Below, in pieces: positions 21,440-31,845 of a stretch of 64,000 nt of DNA. Position 1 is the first letter of the stretch. Every line of letters begins with the position of its first letter. The translations under genes and the position numbers were made by a program. Below the pieces are notes generated by a model. That model did no database searches, had not been told where the DNA came from, and saw only the letters and a list, made by a program, of their open reading frames with translations. This stretch comes from Rhizobium sp. Q54 (GTDB taxonomy: Bacteria > Pseudomonadota > Alphaproteobacteria > UBA828), in the NCBI GenBank assembly GCA_945892755.1, contig CAMDDO010000004.1, positions 3,099 through 67,098 on the forward strand, written 5' to 3'.

Positions 21440-22153
21440 ATGAACTTGGTCGTGCTGACCACCGACACATTGCATCACCGCCAATTCGTCCGGGCGGTTC
21501 AAGCCTCGAAGCCGATTGCCCGCGTCTTTGTCGAGACCGAAGCGCGCGCGCGCGCCGGCTTCGAAACCGCGCATCCGTTCGAGACCGCGCGCGAGCGGTA
21601 CGAAGCCCTGCATTGGTTTGGCGGCTCGCCGCCAGCGCTGGCTTCATTGGCGCCGAGCGAATCCTTCTCCAATCTGAATGCGCCGGAAGCCGTGCGGGCG
21701 ATCGCCCAGGCAAAGCCTGACGCGCTCATCGTGTTCGGCACTGGGCGATTGAACGAAGCGATCATCACCCTTTGCCCGGAACGCGCACTCAATCTGCACG
21801 GCGGCAACCCCGAGGATTATCGTGGCCTCGATACGCACCTCTGGGCAATTTATCACGGCGACTTCGCGGCGCTGGTCACCACGCTGCATCGACTCGCTTC
21901 CAAGCTCGATACCGGCGATGTCATCCAGATGCTGCCGCTCCCGCTCGTGCGCGACCTGGCGCTTCATGAGCTGCGCCGCGTCAACACCGATATCTGCGTC
22001 AAGCTCACGCTCGATGCGCTGGCCGAACTCGAACGGAATGGGCGATTTTCCGGCCGTGTGCAGCGCCGTGTCGGGCGCTATTACTCGTTCATGCCCGCTG
22101 TTTTGAAAGCGCTTTGCGTCGAGCGCTTTGCCCGCCATACGAGCCGGCTGTGA
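21440..22153 (+). CDS. formyltransferase-domain protein (Fmt N-terminal-domain-like, putative sugar N-formyltransferase)
   Basis: NLHGGNPEDYRGLDTHLWAIYHGD...TGDVIQ matches the N(I/L)H.SLLP.YRG...H..gD..TG formyl_trans_N core. Confidence 0.6.
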   Translation: MNLVVLTTDTLHHRQFVRAVQASKPIARVFVETEARARAGFETAHPFETARERYEALHWFGGSPPALASLAPSESFSNLNAPEAVRAIAQAKPDALIVFGTGRLNEAIITLCPERALNLHGGNPEDYRGLDTHLWAIYHGDFAALVTTLHRLASKLDTGDVIQMLPLPLVRDLALHELRRVNTDICVKLTLDALAELERNGRFSGRVQRRVGRYYSFMPAVLKALCVERFARHTSRL

Positions 22154-23067
22154 CCGAGCCTGAGCCGCAAACTTATGCGTCGCGCCTCGCGGCCGATGCG
22201 TTGACGATCTTTCTGTTTCACGGCGTCGTCGAGCGGCACGTGCACAAGATACGTAATTACACACGCAAACATATTGCGGCCAGGCGTTTCGCCAGCATTC
22301 TCGAGGCGTTGACAGCCGCTGGCACGGCGGTTTCGCTCGACGACGTGATCAAGATCGCGGCTGGGAAGGGGCGGTTGCCCGCGAATGCGTTCGCAATCAC
22401 CTTCGACGACGGGTTCCGGAACAACTTCACCGTCGCGGCGCCCATACTTGAGGCGAGGCAAATTCCAGCGACCTTCTACCTGACCACGGGATTCGTCGAA
22501 CACAATGGCATGTCGTGGATCGACCGCATCGAATACGCCATCGAATGCGTGCCGCAGGGGCGCGTCGCGCTGCCGGTCGGTGAGCGTGACTATCGAGACG
22601 CGGAAGGCGCGCGAGTCTTGCTCGAAGAAATTCGTACGGTGGTGAAAGCGGATCCTGGTATAGATGCCGACCGCTTTGCGAGTGAGGTGCAGCACGGGCT
22701 CGGCGTGCCCGAAACGCATGGCAGCAACGATCCGCTCGATCAAAAGCTCAATTGGGCCGAGGTTCGTGCCCTCGCGGCCGAAGGGCTGTTTCACGTTGGC
22801 GGACATTCCCACCGTCACGTCAATCTCGCTTTCCTGGACGCGGCGAGCCTCGCTCGCGAGATCGAGACCAGCCGCACACTGCTCGCCGAGCGCGCGGGAC
22901 TTAGCTGCCGGCATTATTCCTATCCCGAGGGGACGCCGAACGCCTATTCCGACACAGTCATCGCGGCGTTGAAGGGCATTGGCGTGCAATGTTGCCCCAC
23001 CGCAGAGGACGGTATCAATCCTCCGCCGTTCGATCTGTTTCGGCTCAAGCGCGTCATGGTGGTGTGA
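22114..23067 (+). CDS. polysaccharide deacetylase (NodB homology domain)
   Basis: AITFDDGFRNNF..ILE...IPATFY..TG. An alternative GTG start at 22150 overlaps the upstream stop. Confidence 0.75.
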   Translation: MRRALCPPYEPAVTEPEPQTYASRLAADALTIFLFHGVVERHVHKIRNYTRKHIAARRFASILEALTAAGTAVSLDDVIKIAAGKGRLPANAFAITFDDGFRNNFTVAAPILEARQIPATFYLTTGFVEHNGMSWIDRIEYAIECVPQGRVALPVGERDYRDAEGARVLLEEIRTVVKADPGIDADRFASEVQHGLGVPETHGSNDPLDQKLNWAEVRALAAEGLFHVGGHSHRHVNLAFLDAASLAREIETSRTLLAERAGLSCRHYSYPEGTPNAYSDTVIAALKGIGVQCCPTAEDGINPPPFDLFRLKRVMVV

Positions 23068-24077
23068 TGAAGCTGTTTGGAAAAGATTTGCCGCGCGAAG
23101 TCGCTATCGTCGCCGAGATCGGCGTCAATCACGAGGGCGATCCCGAAGCGGCGTTGAGGCTCATCAGGCTTGCGGCCGAGGCCGGTGCCGACGCGGTCAA
23201 GTTCCAAAGCTATACGCCGGCGCGTTATGCCGCATCGAACGATGCCGAGCGGCTCGCGCGCGTCGGTCGCTTCGCGCTCGACGAGACGACGCATGAGCGC
23301 CTCGCCGCCGAGGCCAAGGCGCGCGGCATTCACTTCTTTTCCACGCCCTTGAGCGAGGATTGGGTGCCGGTGATTGCGCGCTTGGGCGCGGCGATCAAGA
23401 TCGCGAGCGGCGATCTGACGTTCGAGCCCGTGATTCGTGCCGCCGCGCGCACTGGCAAGCCGGTGATCGTCTCGACCGGGCTCGGCACCGATGAGGAGAT
23501 CGACCGCGCGGTCGGCTGGCTCACGGAGGAAATCGGCGCCGGGCAGCTCGGTGAGCGGGTCGTGTTGCTCCATTGCGTGGTTGCCTACCCGACGCCGATC
23601 GAGGAGGCCAATCTCCTGGCGATCCCGTTTCTCGCCGAGCGCTATCGCGTGCCGATCGGCTATTCCAATCATGTCATGGGGCTCGATGCGTGCTTCGGCG
23701 CGGTTGCGCTCGGCGCCTGCGTGCTCGAGGTCCACGTGACGGATCGGCGCGAGGGCCGCACGTTCCGCGATCATCAATTGTCGCTGCTGCCGGACGAGCT
23801 CGCCGAGCTGGTGCGCCGCACGCCGGGTTTCCGCGCGGCGCGCGGCGGCTTCGGCAAGCCGCGCCAACCGAGTGAGCTCGCGGCCCTGCAGGCCGTGCGA
23901 AAAGGCGTCGTCGCGGCGCGTGATCTTGCGGCCGGCACCGTGCTCGCACGCGACGATCTGATGTATGCGCGGCCGGCGACCGAGTTCGCCGCGAGCGAGC
24001 TTGGCACGCTGATCGGCCGTCGACTCAAGGCGGACCTCAAAAGCGGCATGCTCGTGCCGCGTGGTGGTGTCGCCTAG
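23067..24077 (+). CDS. NeuB/LegI-family nonulosonic acid synthase (N-acylneuraminate-9-phosphate synthase fold + SAF domain)
   Basis: IVAEIGVNHEGD (NeuB-type IAEIGxNHxG motif), PIGYSNH, C-terminal SAF domain. Confidence 0.85.
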   Translation: MKLFGKDLPREVAIVAEIGVNHEGDPEAALRLIRLAAEAGADAVKFQSYTPARYAASNDAERLARVGRFALDETTHERLAAEAKARGIHFFSTPLSEDWVPVIARLGAAIKIASGDLTFEPVIRAAARTGKPVIVSTGLGTDEEIDRAVGWLTEEIGAGQLGERVVLLHCVVAYPTPIEEANLLAIPFLAERYRVPIGYSNHVMGLDACFGAVALGACVLEVHVTDRREGRTFRDHQLSLLPDELAELVRRTPGFRAARGGFGKPRQPSELAALQAVRKGVVAARDLAAGTVLARDDLMYARPATEFAASELGTLIGRRLKADLKSGMLVPRGGVA

Positions 24078-24079
24078 GC

Positions 24080-25903
24080 ATGTGCGGGATTGCCGGCGTA
24101 ATCGCCGCCGCGCCGCCCGATCCGGCGCGCGTGCGCGCGGCGCTTGCGACCATGAAACAGCGCGGACCCGATGCCGAGGGCGTGCATCAGGGCCGGCTCG
24201 GCAATCATGCCGTCACGCTCTTGCACACGCGACTCTCGATCATCGATCTCGATCCGCGCGCCAATCAGCCCTTCGTGCGCGATGGGCTCGCGCTTAGCTA
24301 TAATGGCGAGCTCTATAATTACCTCGAAGTGCGCGCCGCGCTCGAAGCGCTTGGCCATCGCTTCACCACGCAATCCGATACCGAGGTGCTCATCGAGGCC
24401 TATCGCGCCTGGGGCGAGGCGTGTCTCAACCGCTTCGAGGGCATGTGGGCGTTCGCGCTGCTCGACGAGGCGAAGGGAAGGCTGTTCCTGAGCCGCGACC
24501 GCTTCGGCGAGAAGCCGCTTTATACGATGCGGAAGGATGGCGCGCTTTATTTCGCCTCCGAAGTGAAGGCGCTGGCCGCGCTCGCCGGCTCATGGCCCGC
24601 GCCCGATCGCGCGCAAATCAGGCGCTATCTGGTGAACGGCTATAAGGCGCTCTACAAACAACCGGCGAGCTGGTTCGAGGGCGTGCGCGAGCTGCCGGCG
24701 GCGCATTATGCCGCGATCACCGAGCCGCTCAGGGTCGAGCCCAAGCGCTATTGGAGGCTCAGCTATTCGCCCGAGGCCATGTCGCTCGCCGACGCGCGGG
24801 ATGGCGCGCGCGAGCGCCTGTTCGAGGCGGTGAAACTGCGTCTTCGCGCCGACGTGCCGATCGCGTTTTGTCTGTCCGGCGGCATCGATTCGAGCGCGCT
24901 CGCCGGCATCGCGGCCAAGCATTTCGGGCAAGAGCTGCACGCCTTCTCGGTGGTCGATTCCGATCCGCGCTATGACGAGCGCGACAACATGACCGCGACG
25001 GTCGATTTTCTGGGCTGCGCGCATCATGTCGCTCATACCTCGACCGAAGGCTTCTTCGACCGGCTTGACCGCCAGATCGCCTATCACGACGCCCCGGTCG
25101 CCACCATCACCTATTACATGCACGCCTTCCTTTCCGAGGCGATTCACCAAGCGGGCTTCAAGGTGGCGATCTCGGGCACCGCGGCCGATGAGATGTTCAC
25201 CGGCTACTACGACCATTATGGCTTCTGGCTCGCCGAGATGAGCGCGCGGCGGGATTTTCCCGCGCTGCTCGACGATTGGCGCGGGAGTTACGGCCGATAT
25301 GTCCGAAACCCGGTGCTGCAAGACCCGCTCGTCTTCCAAAACAACCCCGATGAGCGCGGTCATATTTTTCTCAATGCCGAATTGTTCACCGGTTTTCTGG
25401 CCGCGCCGTTCGACGAGGGCTTCGAGGAAGCGCCCTATGGCGACAACCTCTTGCGCAAGCGCATGCTGAACGAGCTGTTCCACGAGTGCGTGCCGGTCAT
25501 CCTGCACGAGGACGATCTGAATTCGATGATGGTCTCGGTCGAGAATCGCTCGCCCTATCTCGATCGCGCGCTGACCGAGTTTCTGTTCCGCGTGCCGGCC
25601 GAACACCTGATCAAGGATGGCTATGTCAAGTTCCTGCTGCGCGCGGCGGTCGACGGGCTGGTGCCGGATTCGGTCCGGCTCGACAAGAGGAAGCGCGGCT
25701 TCAACGCCTCGATCGATTCATTGATCGACAGAAAAAACCCGGACACGCGCGCGCGGCTGCTCGATGGCAGCCCGATTTTCGATCTGGTGCGGCGCGAGGC
25801 GGTCGAACGCTTTCTTGACGCCGATATGACCGATAACTCGTTCTCGAAATTCCTGTTCAGCTTCGTCTCGGCCAAGATCTTCATGGACCGGCACGCGGCC
25901 TGA
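24080..25903 (+). CDS. asparagine-synthetase-family (AsnB-like) glutamine amidotransferase
   Basis: MCGIAG N-terminal nucleophile and SGGIDSS PP-loop. Typical of PseA-like amidotransferases in nonulosonate loci. Confidence 0.85.
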   Translation: MCGIAGVIAAAPPDPARVRAALATMKQRGPDAEGVHQGRLGNHAVTLLHTRLSIIDLDPRANQPFVRDGLALSYNGELYNYLEVRAALEALGHRFTTQSDTEVLIEAYRAWGEACLNRFEGMWAFALLDEAKGRLFLSRDRFGEKPLYTMRKDGALYFASEVKALAALAGSWPAPDRAQIRRYLVNGYKALYKQPASWFEGVRELPAAHYAAITEPLRVEPKRYWRLSYSPEAMSLADARDGARERLFEAVKLRLRADVPIAFCLSGGIDSSALAGIAAKHFGQELHAFSVVDSDPRYDERDNMTATVDFLGCAHHVAHTSTEGFFDRLDRQIAYHDAPVATITYYMHAFLSEAIHQAGFKVAISGTAADEMFTGYYDHYGFWLAEMSARRDFPALLDDWRGSYGRYVRNPVLQDPLVFQNNPDERGHIFLNAELFTGFLAAPFDEGFEEAPYGDNLLRKRMLNELFHECVPVILHEDDLNSMMVSVENRSPYLDRALTEFLFRVPAEHLIKDGYVKFLLRAAVDGLVPDSVRLDKRKRGFNASIDSLIDRKNPDTRARLLDGSPIFDLVRREAVERFLDADMTDNSFSKFLFSFVSAKIFMDRHAA

Positions 25904-27027
25904 TGCGTTATTGCACGCGCTGCATTCTGCCCGACACGCGGCCCGGCATCACGCTCGATGGTTCAGGCGTGTGTTCGGCCTGTCGCGGCCATGACGACAA
26001 GGAACATCGCATCGATTGGGCGGCGCGGCGCGCGGCGTTCGAGCGCCTCGTGGCGGAGACCAAGGCGCACAACGCCGCCTATGACTGCGTGGTGCCGGTC
26101 TCGGGCGGCAAGGATAGCTGGTATCAAGTGATCACCGCGCGGCGCCACGGCCTGAAGCCGCTCGGCGTGACTTGGAAGCCGCCCGGGCGAACTCCACTCG
26201 GGCAAAAAAATCTCGATGCCATGATCGCCGCGCTCGGCATCGATCATATCGACTACACGATCTCGCCCGACATCGAGCGGCGTTTCATGAAAGCCGCGTT
26301 CGAGCGCAAGGGCGCCTCGGCGATCCCGATGCACATGGCGCTGTTCGCGATTCCAATTCGGCTCGCCACGCAATTCGGTATTCCGCTCATGGTCTGGGGC
26401 GAAAACCCGCAACTCGAATTCGGCGGCGCGGAGGCTGATCGGCTCGCCACTGATCTCGACCTCGACTGGGTGCGCCGCCATGGCGTGACCAACGGCACCG
26501 CGGTCGATGATTGGATCGGCGCCGAAGGCCTCGGCGTCGAGGATCTCGCCGCCTTTCGTCTGCCAGCGGCCGATTCGTTCAAATCGGGCGTGCGCTCGAT
26601 CTTCCTCGGGTCTTATTTCAAATGGAGCAGCTTCGAAAACGCGCGCCTCGCCGCCGAGCACGGCTTCACGCTGGGCGACGCGCCGGCGACGGGGGCGTGG
26701 AACTTCGCCGATCTCGACGACCGCTTCATCTCGATCCATCACTTTCTCAAGTGGCACAAATTCGGCCTGACGCGCGCCTTCGATAATCTCTCCGTGCAAA
26801 TCCGCTTCGGCCGGACGACGCGCGACGAGGCGATCAAGACGCTGAGGTCTCTCGGCGTGCAGGAGCCGCGCGAGGATATCGAGGCGTTTTGCGAATTCGT
26901 GCGGCAACCGCTTCCTTGGTTCCATGAGATCGCCGAGCGCCACCGCAATCCGGCGATCTGGCAAAAGCGCGGCAATAATTGGGTGATCGACGGCTTCCTG
27001 ATCGAGGATTGGGACTGGTCGCAATGA
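25903..27027 (+). CDS. N-acetyl sugar amidotransferase (WbuX/LPS-biosynthesis PP-loop family)
   Basis: N-terminal CxxC...CxxC zinc ribbon (CTRCILPDT...GVCSAC) and PP-loop VPVSGGKDSWYQ. Confidence 0.75.
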   Translation: MRYCTRCILPDTRPGITLDGSGVCSACRGHDDKEHRIDWAARRAAFERLVAETKAHNAAYDCVVPVSGGKDSWYQVITARRHGLKPLGVTWKPPGRTPLGQKNLDAMIAALGIDHIDYTISPDIERRFMKAAFERKGASAIPMHMALFAIPIRLATQFGIPLMVWGENPQLEFGGAEADRLATDLDLDWVRRHGVTNGTAVDDWIGAEGLGVEDLAAFRLPAADSFKSGVRSIFLGSYFKWSSFENARLAAEHGFTLGDAPATGAWNFADLDDRFISIHHFLKWHKFGLTRAFDNLSVQIRFGRTTRDEAIKTLRSLGVQEPREDIEAFCEFVRQPLPWFHEIAERHRNPAIWQKRGNNWVIDGFLIEDWDWSQ

Positions 27028-27821
27028 GTGAGGCCTGCCCGATGTGCGACGGCGCGGCGCTTGCGCTCCTTCATCGGTTCGACGCGCGGCCCGAGGGCGA
27101 AAACGATTTCGGCTTCATGCCCTATCGGCGCGAATTATGGCGCTGCGGGGCCTGCGGGCATGTCATCAACCGGCATGATTTTCCGCTCGATCGGCTCTAT
27201 GCCGCGAGCTATGTCGACGCGGTCTATGGCGCGCGCATGGAACAGGATTTCGCGCGCATCATGGCGTTGCCGCCCGAGCGCTCCGACAATCGCCAGCGCC
27301 TGAATCGCGTCGAGGCCTATGTCGCGGCGCGCGGCCCCGGCCTGCCGCGCCGCGCGCTCGATGTCGGCGCGGGCCTCGGCGTGTTTCCCGCCGCGCTCGT
27401 CGAAGCGGGATGGGACTGCCTCGCGATCGACCCCGACCCGCGCGCGACCGCCCATATCGAGACGCATACGCGCGCCACGGCGCGCTGCGGCGATTTCGCC
27501 GCTTTGCCGCCCGAGCGGCGCTTCGCGCTGGTGAGTTTCAACAAGGTGCTCGAGCATGTGCGCCCGATGGTCACGATGCTCGCGCGCTCGAAGGAGTGGC
27601 TGTTGCCCAGGGGTCTCGTCTATGTCGAATTGCCCGATGGCGAAGCCGCGCTCGAGGCCGGCCCCGCGCGCGAGGAATTCTTCGTCGAGCATTTTTGCGC
27701 CTTCAGCCTGGCGTCCTTCGCGCTGCTCGCCTTGAAGGCGGGCTTTCGCGCCGAGCGCGTGGAGCGCATTCGCGAGCCGAGCGGCAAATACACGCTCTTT
27801 GGGTTTCTGTCGGCGGCATGA
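27024..27821 (+). CDS. class I SAM-dependent methyltransferase with N-terminal Cys4 zinc ribbon
   Basis: CPMCDG...CGACGH, then a LDVGAGLGVF glycine-rich SAM motif. Confidence 0.7.
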   Translation: MSEACPMCDGAALALLHRFDARPEGENDFGFMPYRRELWRCGACGHVINRHDFPLDRLYAASYVDAVYGARMEQDFARIMALPPERSDNRQRLNRVEAYVAARGPGLPRRALDVGAGLGVFPAALVEAGWDCLAIDPDPRATAHIETHTRATARCGDFAALPPERRFALVSFNKVLEHVRPMVTMLARSKEWLLPRGLVYVELPDGEAALEAGPAREEFFVEHFCAFSLASFALLALKAGFRAERVERIREPSGKYTLFGFLSAA

Positions 27822-28570
27822 GCGAAGCGGCACGCAAGGACGTGGAAAGCGCCGTGTTGGAGCCGCAGCCCTTCGAGGCGGAATTTCTGGGCGGGCCGTG
27901 CTTTCGGCTCGTCACGTCAGCCGAGGCAGGCGCCAAGGAGATTGGACGCGCCATGACCGGCTTGATGGCGCGGCCGGAAATTCGTGGCGCGAAACTGATC
28001 ACGGCGCGCGTGCCGGGGCCCGATGCGGGCACGATCGGCGCGCTGGAGCGCGCGGGCTTTCGGCGCATCGAAACATTGATCACCTTCGAGCGCGCGCTGA
28101 ACGACTCCGATACGCCGGAGGCGGGCGATGTCGTGCGCCAGGCGCGACCCGACGATGCCGCCGCCTGCATCGAGATCGGCCGCTCGGCGTTTCATACCGA
28201 CCGCTTCCACGCCGATCCGCGCATCCCGAAGGCGGCGGCCGATGCGCTCAAGGCGCGCTGGGTCGCCAATGATCTGAACGGCCGGGCCGATGCCGCGTTC
28301 GTCGCTCTGGCCGAGGGGCGCCCGGCCGGTTTCAACCTGTGCCTGAAGCGCCAATCGGTCGCCGTGATCGATTTGATCGCCGTGGACCAGGCGCGGCGCG
28401 GGCGGGGCCTCGGCGCCGCCTTGGTCGCGGCGAGTCTCGCTCATTATGCGAAGAGCGCGCGCACCATGCAGGTTGGCACCCAGGCCAATAACGCCGCCTC
28501 GATCGCGCTTTATCGGCGCTTCGGCTTCGCGCCCATCGCCGAAGCCGTGACCTTGCATTGGATGGCATGA
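27818..28570 (+). CDS. GNAT-family N-acetyltransferase (WecD/PseH-like)
   Basis: C-terminal GNAT core VDQARRGRGLGAALV...ALYRRFGF. Confidence 0.7.
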   Translation: MSEAARKDVESAVLEPQPFEAEFLGGPCFRLVTSAEAGAKEIGRAMTGLMARPEIRGAKLITARVPGPDAGTIGALERAGFRRIETLITFERALNDSDTPEAGDVVRQARPDDAAACIEIGRSAFHTDRFHADPRIPKAAADALKARWVANDLNGRADAAFVALAEGRPAGFNLCLKRQSVAVIDLIAVDQARRGRGLGAALVAASLAHYAKSARTMQVGTQANNAASIALYRRFGFAPIAEAVTLHWMA

Positions 28571-29571
28571 TGCGCGCGCTCAAGGCCGGCGTGATCGGGC
28601 TCGGGGTCGGCGAGCGCCATGGCGCCGCCTATCAGGCCGAGCCCGGCTGCGAGCTGGTCGCGCTCTGCGATCTCGATGAGAAGCGCCTGAAAGAGGTCGG
28701 CGACCGGCTCGGCGTCGCGGAACGCCACACCGATTGGCGCCGCATCACCGAGCATCCCGAGCTCGATGTCATCTCGATCTGCTCCTATGACGATTGCCAT
28801 GCCGAGCAAGCGGTTTCCGCGTTTCGTCATGGCAAGCACGTCATGGTCGAAAAGCCGGCGGCGCTGCACCGCGCCGAGGCCGAGGCGATGCTGCGCGCCA
28901 TGACCGACAGCAAACGTCTGATCACTTCGAATTTGATCCTGCGCAAGAGCCCGCGCTTCATCGCCGTGCGCGACATGATTCGTGACGGGCGTTTCGGTGA
29001 AATCTTCTATCTCGAAGGCGATTACATCCACGAGATTCTGTGGAAGATCGTCACGGGCTGGCGCGGCCGCATGCCGTTCTACTGCGTTACCTATGGCGGC
29101 GGCATTCATTTGATCGACCTGATGCGCTGGCTGATGGGGCAGGAGATCGTCGAGGTTTCCGGCATGGGTAACAAGCTGGCCTCGCGCGGCGCCGACTTTC
29201 CCTATCCTGACACCATCGTCAATCTCATGCGCTTCGAGGGCGGCGCGCTGGCCAAGAGCCTCACCACCTTCGCGCCGCAACGCCCGCAAATTCACGCGCT
29301 CTCGATCTATGGCTCGCGCGCGACCTTCGTCAACGACATGCCCAACGCCAAATTGTTCGGCGGCAGCAAGCCGGAAGACGAAACCCCGATGCGCGCGCCC
29401 TATCCGGCGATCGAGAAGGGCGCGCTGCTGCCCGATTTTCTCGCCGCAATCCGCGAGGGGCGCGAGCCCGAAATCGGCGCGCGAGATATTTTTCGCGTCA
29501 TGGATGTGTGCTTCGCGGCCTGGGAATCGGTCGAGGCCGGGCACACGGTCAAGGTGAGCTATCTGATCTGA
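28567..29571 (+). CDS. Gfo/Idh/MocA-family NAD(P)-dependent oxidoreductase
   Basis: KAGVIGLGVGERHGAAY Rossmann start and EKP motif (VMVEKPAA). Confidence 0.8.
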   Translation: MMRALKAGVIGLGVGERHGAAYQAEPGCELVALCDLDEKRLKEVGDRLGVAERHTDWRRITEHPELDVISICSYDDCHAEQAVSAFRHGKHVMVEKPAALHRAEAEAMLRAMTDSKRLITSNLILRKSPRFIAVRDMIRDGRFGEIFYLEGDYIHEILWKIVTGWRGRMPFYCVTYGGGIHLIDLMRWLMGQEIVEVSGMGNKLASRGADFPYPDTIVNLMRFEGGALAKSLTTFAPQRPQIHALSIYGSRATFVNDMPNAKLFGGSKPEDETPMRAPYPAIEKGALLPDFLAAIREGREPEIGARDIFRVMDVCFAAWESVEAGHTVKVSYLI

Positions 29572-30731
29572 TGAGCGAGCCCAGGATCATTCCGTTCGGC
29601 CGGCCGATGATCGGCGCGGAGGAACAGGCGGCGGTCGCGCGCGTGCTCGCCGGCCCGCAGCTCGTGCACGGGCCGGCCGCCCATGATTTCGAGACCCGCT
29701 TCGCCGCCCGGGCCGGCGTCGCGCACGCCGTTTCGGTGTCATCCTGCACGGCGGGACTGCATCTTGCGTTGCATGTTCATGGCATCGGGCCGGGCGATGA
29801 GGTGATCGTGCCGGCCATGACCCATGTCGCGACCGCGCACGCGGTCGAATATTGCCGGGCGAGGCCGGTCTTCGTCGATGTCGATCCCACGAGCGGTAAT
29901 CTCGATCTCGAGGCGCTCGAGGCGGCGATCGGACCGAACACGCGCGCCATCATGGTGGTGCATTTTCTCGGCCTGCCGCCCGACATGACGCGGCTGCGCG
30001 CGATCGCGAAAAAGCACGATTTGCTCGTGGTCGAGGATGCCGCGCTCGCGCTTGATGCGAGCTATGATGGCGTCAAGGCCGGCGGACTTGGCGATGTGGC
30101 GAGTTTCTCGTTTTACCCGACCAAGCACATGACGACCTCCGAAGGCGGCATGGTGACGACCAACGATGCCGAAATCGCCCGGCGTGTCGCCGCGATGAAG
30201 GCGTTCGGCTATGACAAGACGCTCGACGAGCGCACCCGCCCCGGCATCTATGACGTGACCGCGCTCGGCTACAACTACCGCATGAGCGAGGCCCACGCGG
30301 CGATCGGGCTGGCGCAATTGGCGAAGCTCGATGGCTTTCAGGCCGCGCGCGCCGCGAACTTCAAGGCGCTCAGCGACGGCCTCGCCGATTGCGCCGAGCT
30401 CATGGTGTTCGCGCCCGCGCAAGGCAAGGGGCGCTCGTCGCATTATTGCCTGAACGCGATGCTGCCGCGCGATGGCGGGATCGCGCGCGACGATGTGGTG
30501 GCGCAGCTAAAAGCCAAGGGCATCGGCACCAGCGTGCATTATCCGAGCGCGGTGCCGCTATTCGCCTATTATCGCGAGAAATATGGCTACCGCGCGGGTC
30601 AGTTTCCGGTCGCCGAATGGCTCGCCCGGGCGACCATCTCGCTGCCGGTCGGACCGCATCTCGAACCGGGCGATCCGGCGCGCATCGCCAATTCGCTCAA
30701 GGCCGCGGTCGCGGTCGCCGAGGCGCGCTAG
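29571..30731 (+). CDS. DegT/DnrJ/EryC1/StrS-family PLP sugar aminotransferase
   Basis: SFSFYPTKHMTTSEGG with PLP lysine; fold-type I sugar aminotransferase. Confidence 0.85.
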   Translation: MSEPRIIPFGRPMIGAEEQAAVARVLAGPQLVHGPAAHDFETRFAARAGVAHAVSVSSCTAGLHLALHVHGIGPGDEVIVPAMTHVATAHAVEYCRARPVFVDVDPTSGNLDLEALEAAIGPNTRAIMVVHFLGLPPDMTRLRAIAKKHDLLVVEDAALALDASYDGVKAGGLGDVASFSFYPTKHMTTSEGGMVTTNDAEIARRVAAMKAFGYDKTLDERTRPGIYDVTALGYNYRMSEAHAAIGLAQLAKLDGFQAARAANFKALSDGLADCAELMVFAPAQGKGRSSHYCLNAMLPRDGGIARDDVVAQLKAKGIGTSVHYPSAVPLFAYYREKYGYRAGQFPVAEWLARATISLPVGPHLEPGDPARIANSLKAAVAVAEAR

Positions 30732-30738
30732 GCGCGCC

Positions 30739-31845
30739 ATGAGACAGGAGACAAGAACCGCCGTGATCGATCCGTCCTATCAAGCCGCGCTCGACCGCCT
30801 GAAGCCGCATCGCATTCTGTTGGTCGGCGGGGCCGGCTTCATCGGACACAATCTCGCGCTCGAACTCGGCCGCCATGGCCAGAGCGTCATGGTCGCCGAC
30901 AATCTGATGGTGAACAATCTGGTGCAGAACGTGTCGTCGGCGCAAATGGCGCCGGTGCAACGCAGGCTCTATCAGAATTTCCTGCTCGACCGATTCATCT
31001 TGATGCGCGACGGCGGCGTCAATTTTCGCAATGTCGATGCGCGCAATTCGATTGAGATCGCGCGCGTGTTCGACGAGTTTCAGCCGACCAAGATTGTCCA
31101 TCTGGCTGCCATCGCGAGCGCGGTGGAGGCACGGAAGGATCCCGGCCTGGCTTTCGATCTTCAGCTCGTCACGTTTAGGAACGTGCTCGAGCAAGCGCGA
31201 CTGAGCCATGGCCGGGTCAACCAGGTCATGTTCATGAGTTCGAGCACGGTCTATGGCGATTTCGAGGGGGCGGAAGTTGACGAGATGACCCGGCCGCAGC
31301 CTGAGGGCATTTATGCCAATGGCAAGTATATGGGTGAACGATTAGCCCGCACCTATGCGACGCAACACAATGTTCCTTCGATCATTGTGCGACCTTCGGC
31401 GCTTTATGGCGAGCGCTGTGTGAGCCGTCGGGTCTCACAAGTCTTTGTCGAGAATGCATTGTCGGGTAAGCCCTTGCTGCTCGAAGGCGGCGGCGATGGC
31501 CGTCTCGACTTCACTTACATCAAGGACCTTGTCGATGGGATGGTGCGCGGCTTGGCTATTGATTGCCAAGCCGGGTACACCAACACCTACAATCTGACTT
31601 ATGGCAACGCTCGCACGGTGGCGGACCTGGCCGCGGTGGTAAAAAGCGTGGTGCCGGAAGCTAAGCTCGAGGAACGGCCGCGCGCCGCCGATAAGCCGAT
31701 TCGCGGCACGCTTTCGACCCAACGCGCCGCGCAAGAACTCGGCTTCCGCGCGGCTTGGCCGCTCGAAACCGGATACCGTCGATACTGTGAATGGTACGTC
31801 GCTGAGTGGCGCAAGGCGGAGGCTCAGTGCCGCTCGGCCTCGTAG
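30739..31845 (+). CDS. NAD-dependent epimerase/dehydratase (extended SDR)
   Basis: ILLVGGAGFIGHNL Rossmann motif, YxxxK region (YANGKY). Visibly lower GC than neighbours. Confidence 0.8.
   Translation: MRQETRTAVIDPSYQAALDRLKPHRILLVGGAGFIGHNLALELGRHGQSVMVADNLMVNNLVQNVSSAQMAPVQRRLYQNFLLDRFILMRDGGVNFRNVDARNSIEIARVFDEFQPTKIVHLAAIASAVEARKDPGLAFDLQLVTFRNVLEQARLSHGRVNQVMFMSSSTVYGDFEGAEVDEMTRPQPEGIYANGKYMGERLARTYATQHNVPSIIVRPSALYGERCVSRRVSQVFVENALSGKPLLLEGGGDGRLDFTYIKDLVDGMVRGLAIDCQAGYTNTYNLTYGNARTVADLAAVVKSVVPEAKLEERPRAADKPIRGTLSTQRAAQELGFRAAWPLETGYRRYCEWYVAEWRKAEAQCRSAS

Noticed and set aside
24590-29544. Minus-strand ORFs 24590..25606, 25963..27024, 28510..29544 inside the sugar cluster
   Set aside because: Each lies antisense to a well-supported + strand enzyme gene (AsnB, WbuX-like, Gfo/Idh/MocA). 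They lack RBS and motifs and are high-GC frame artefacts.
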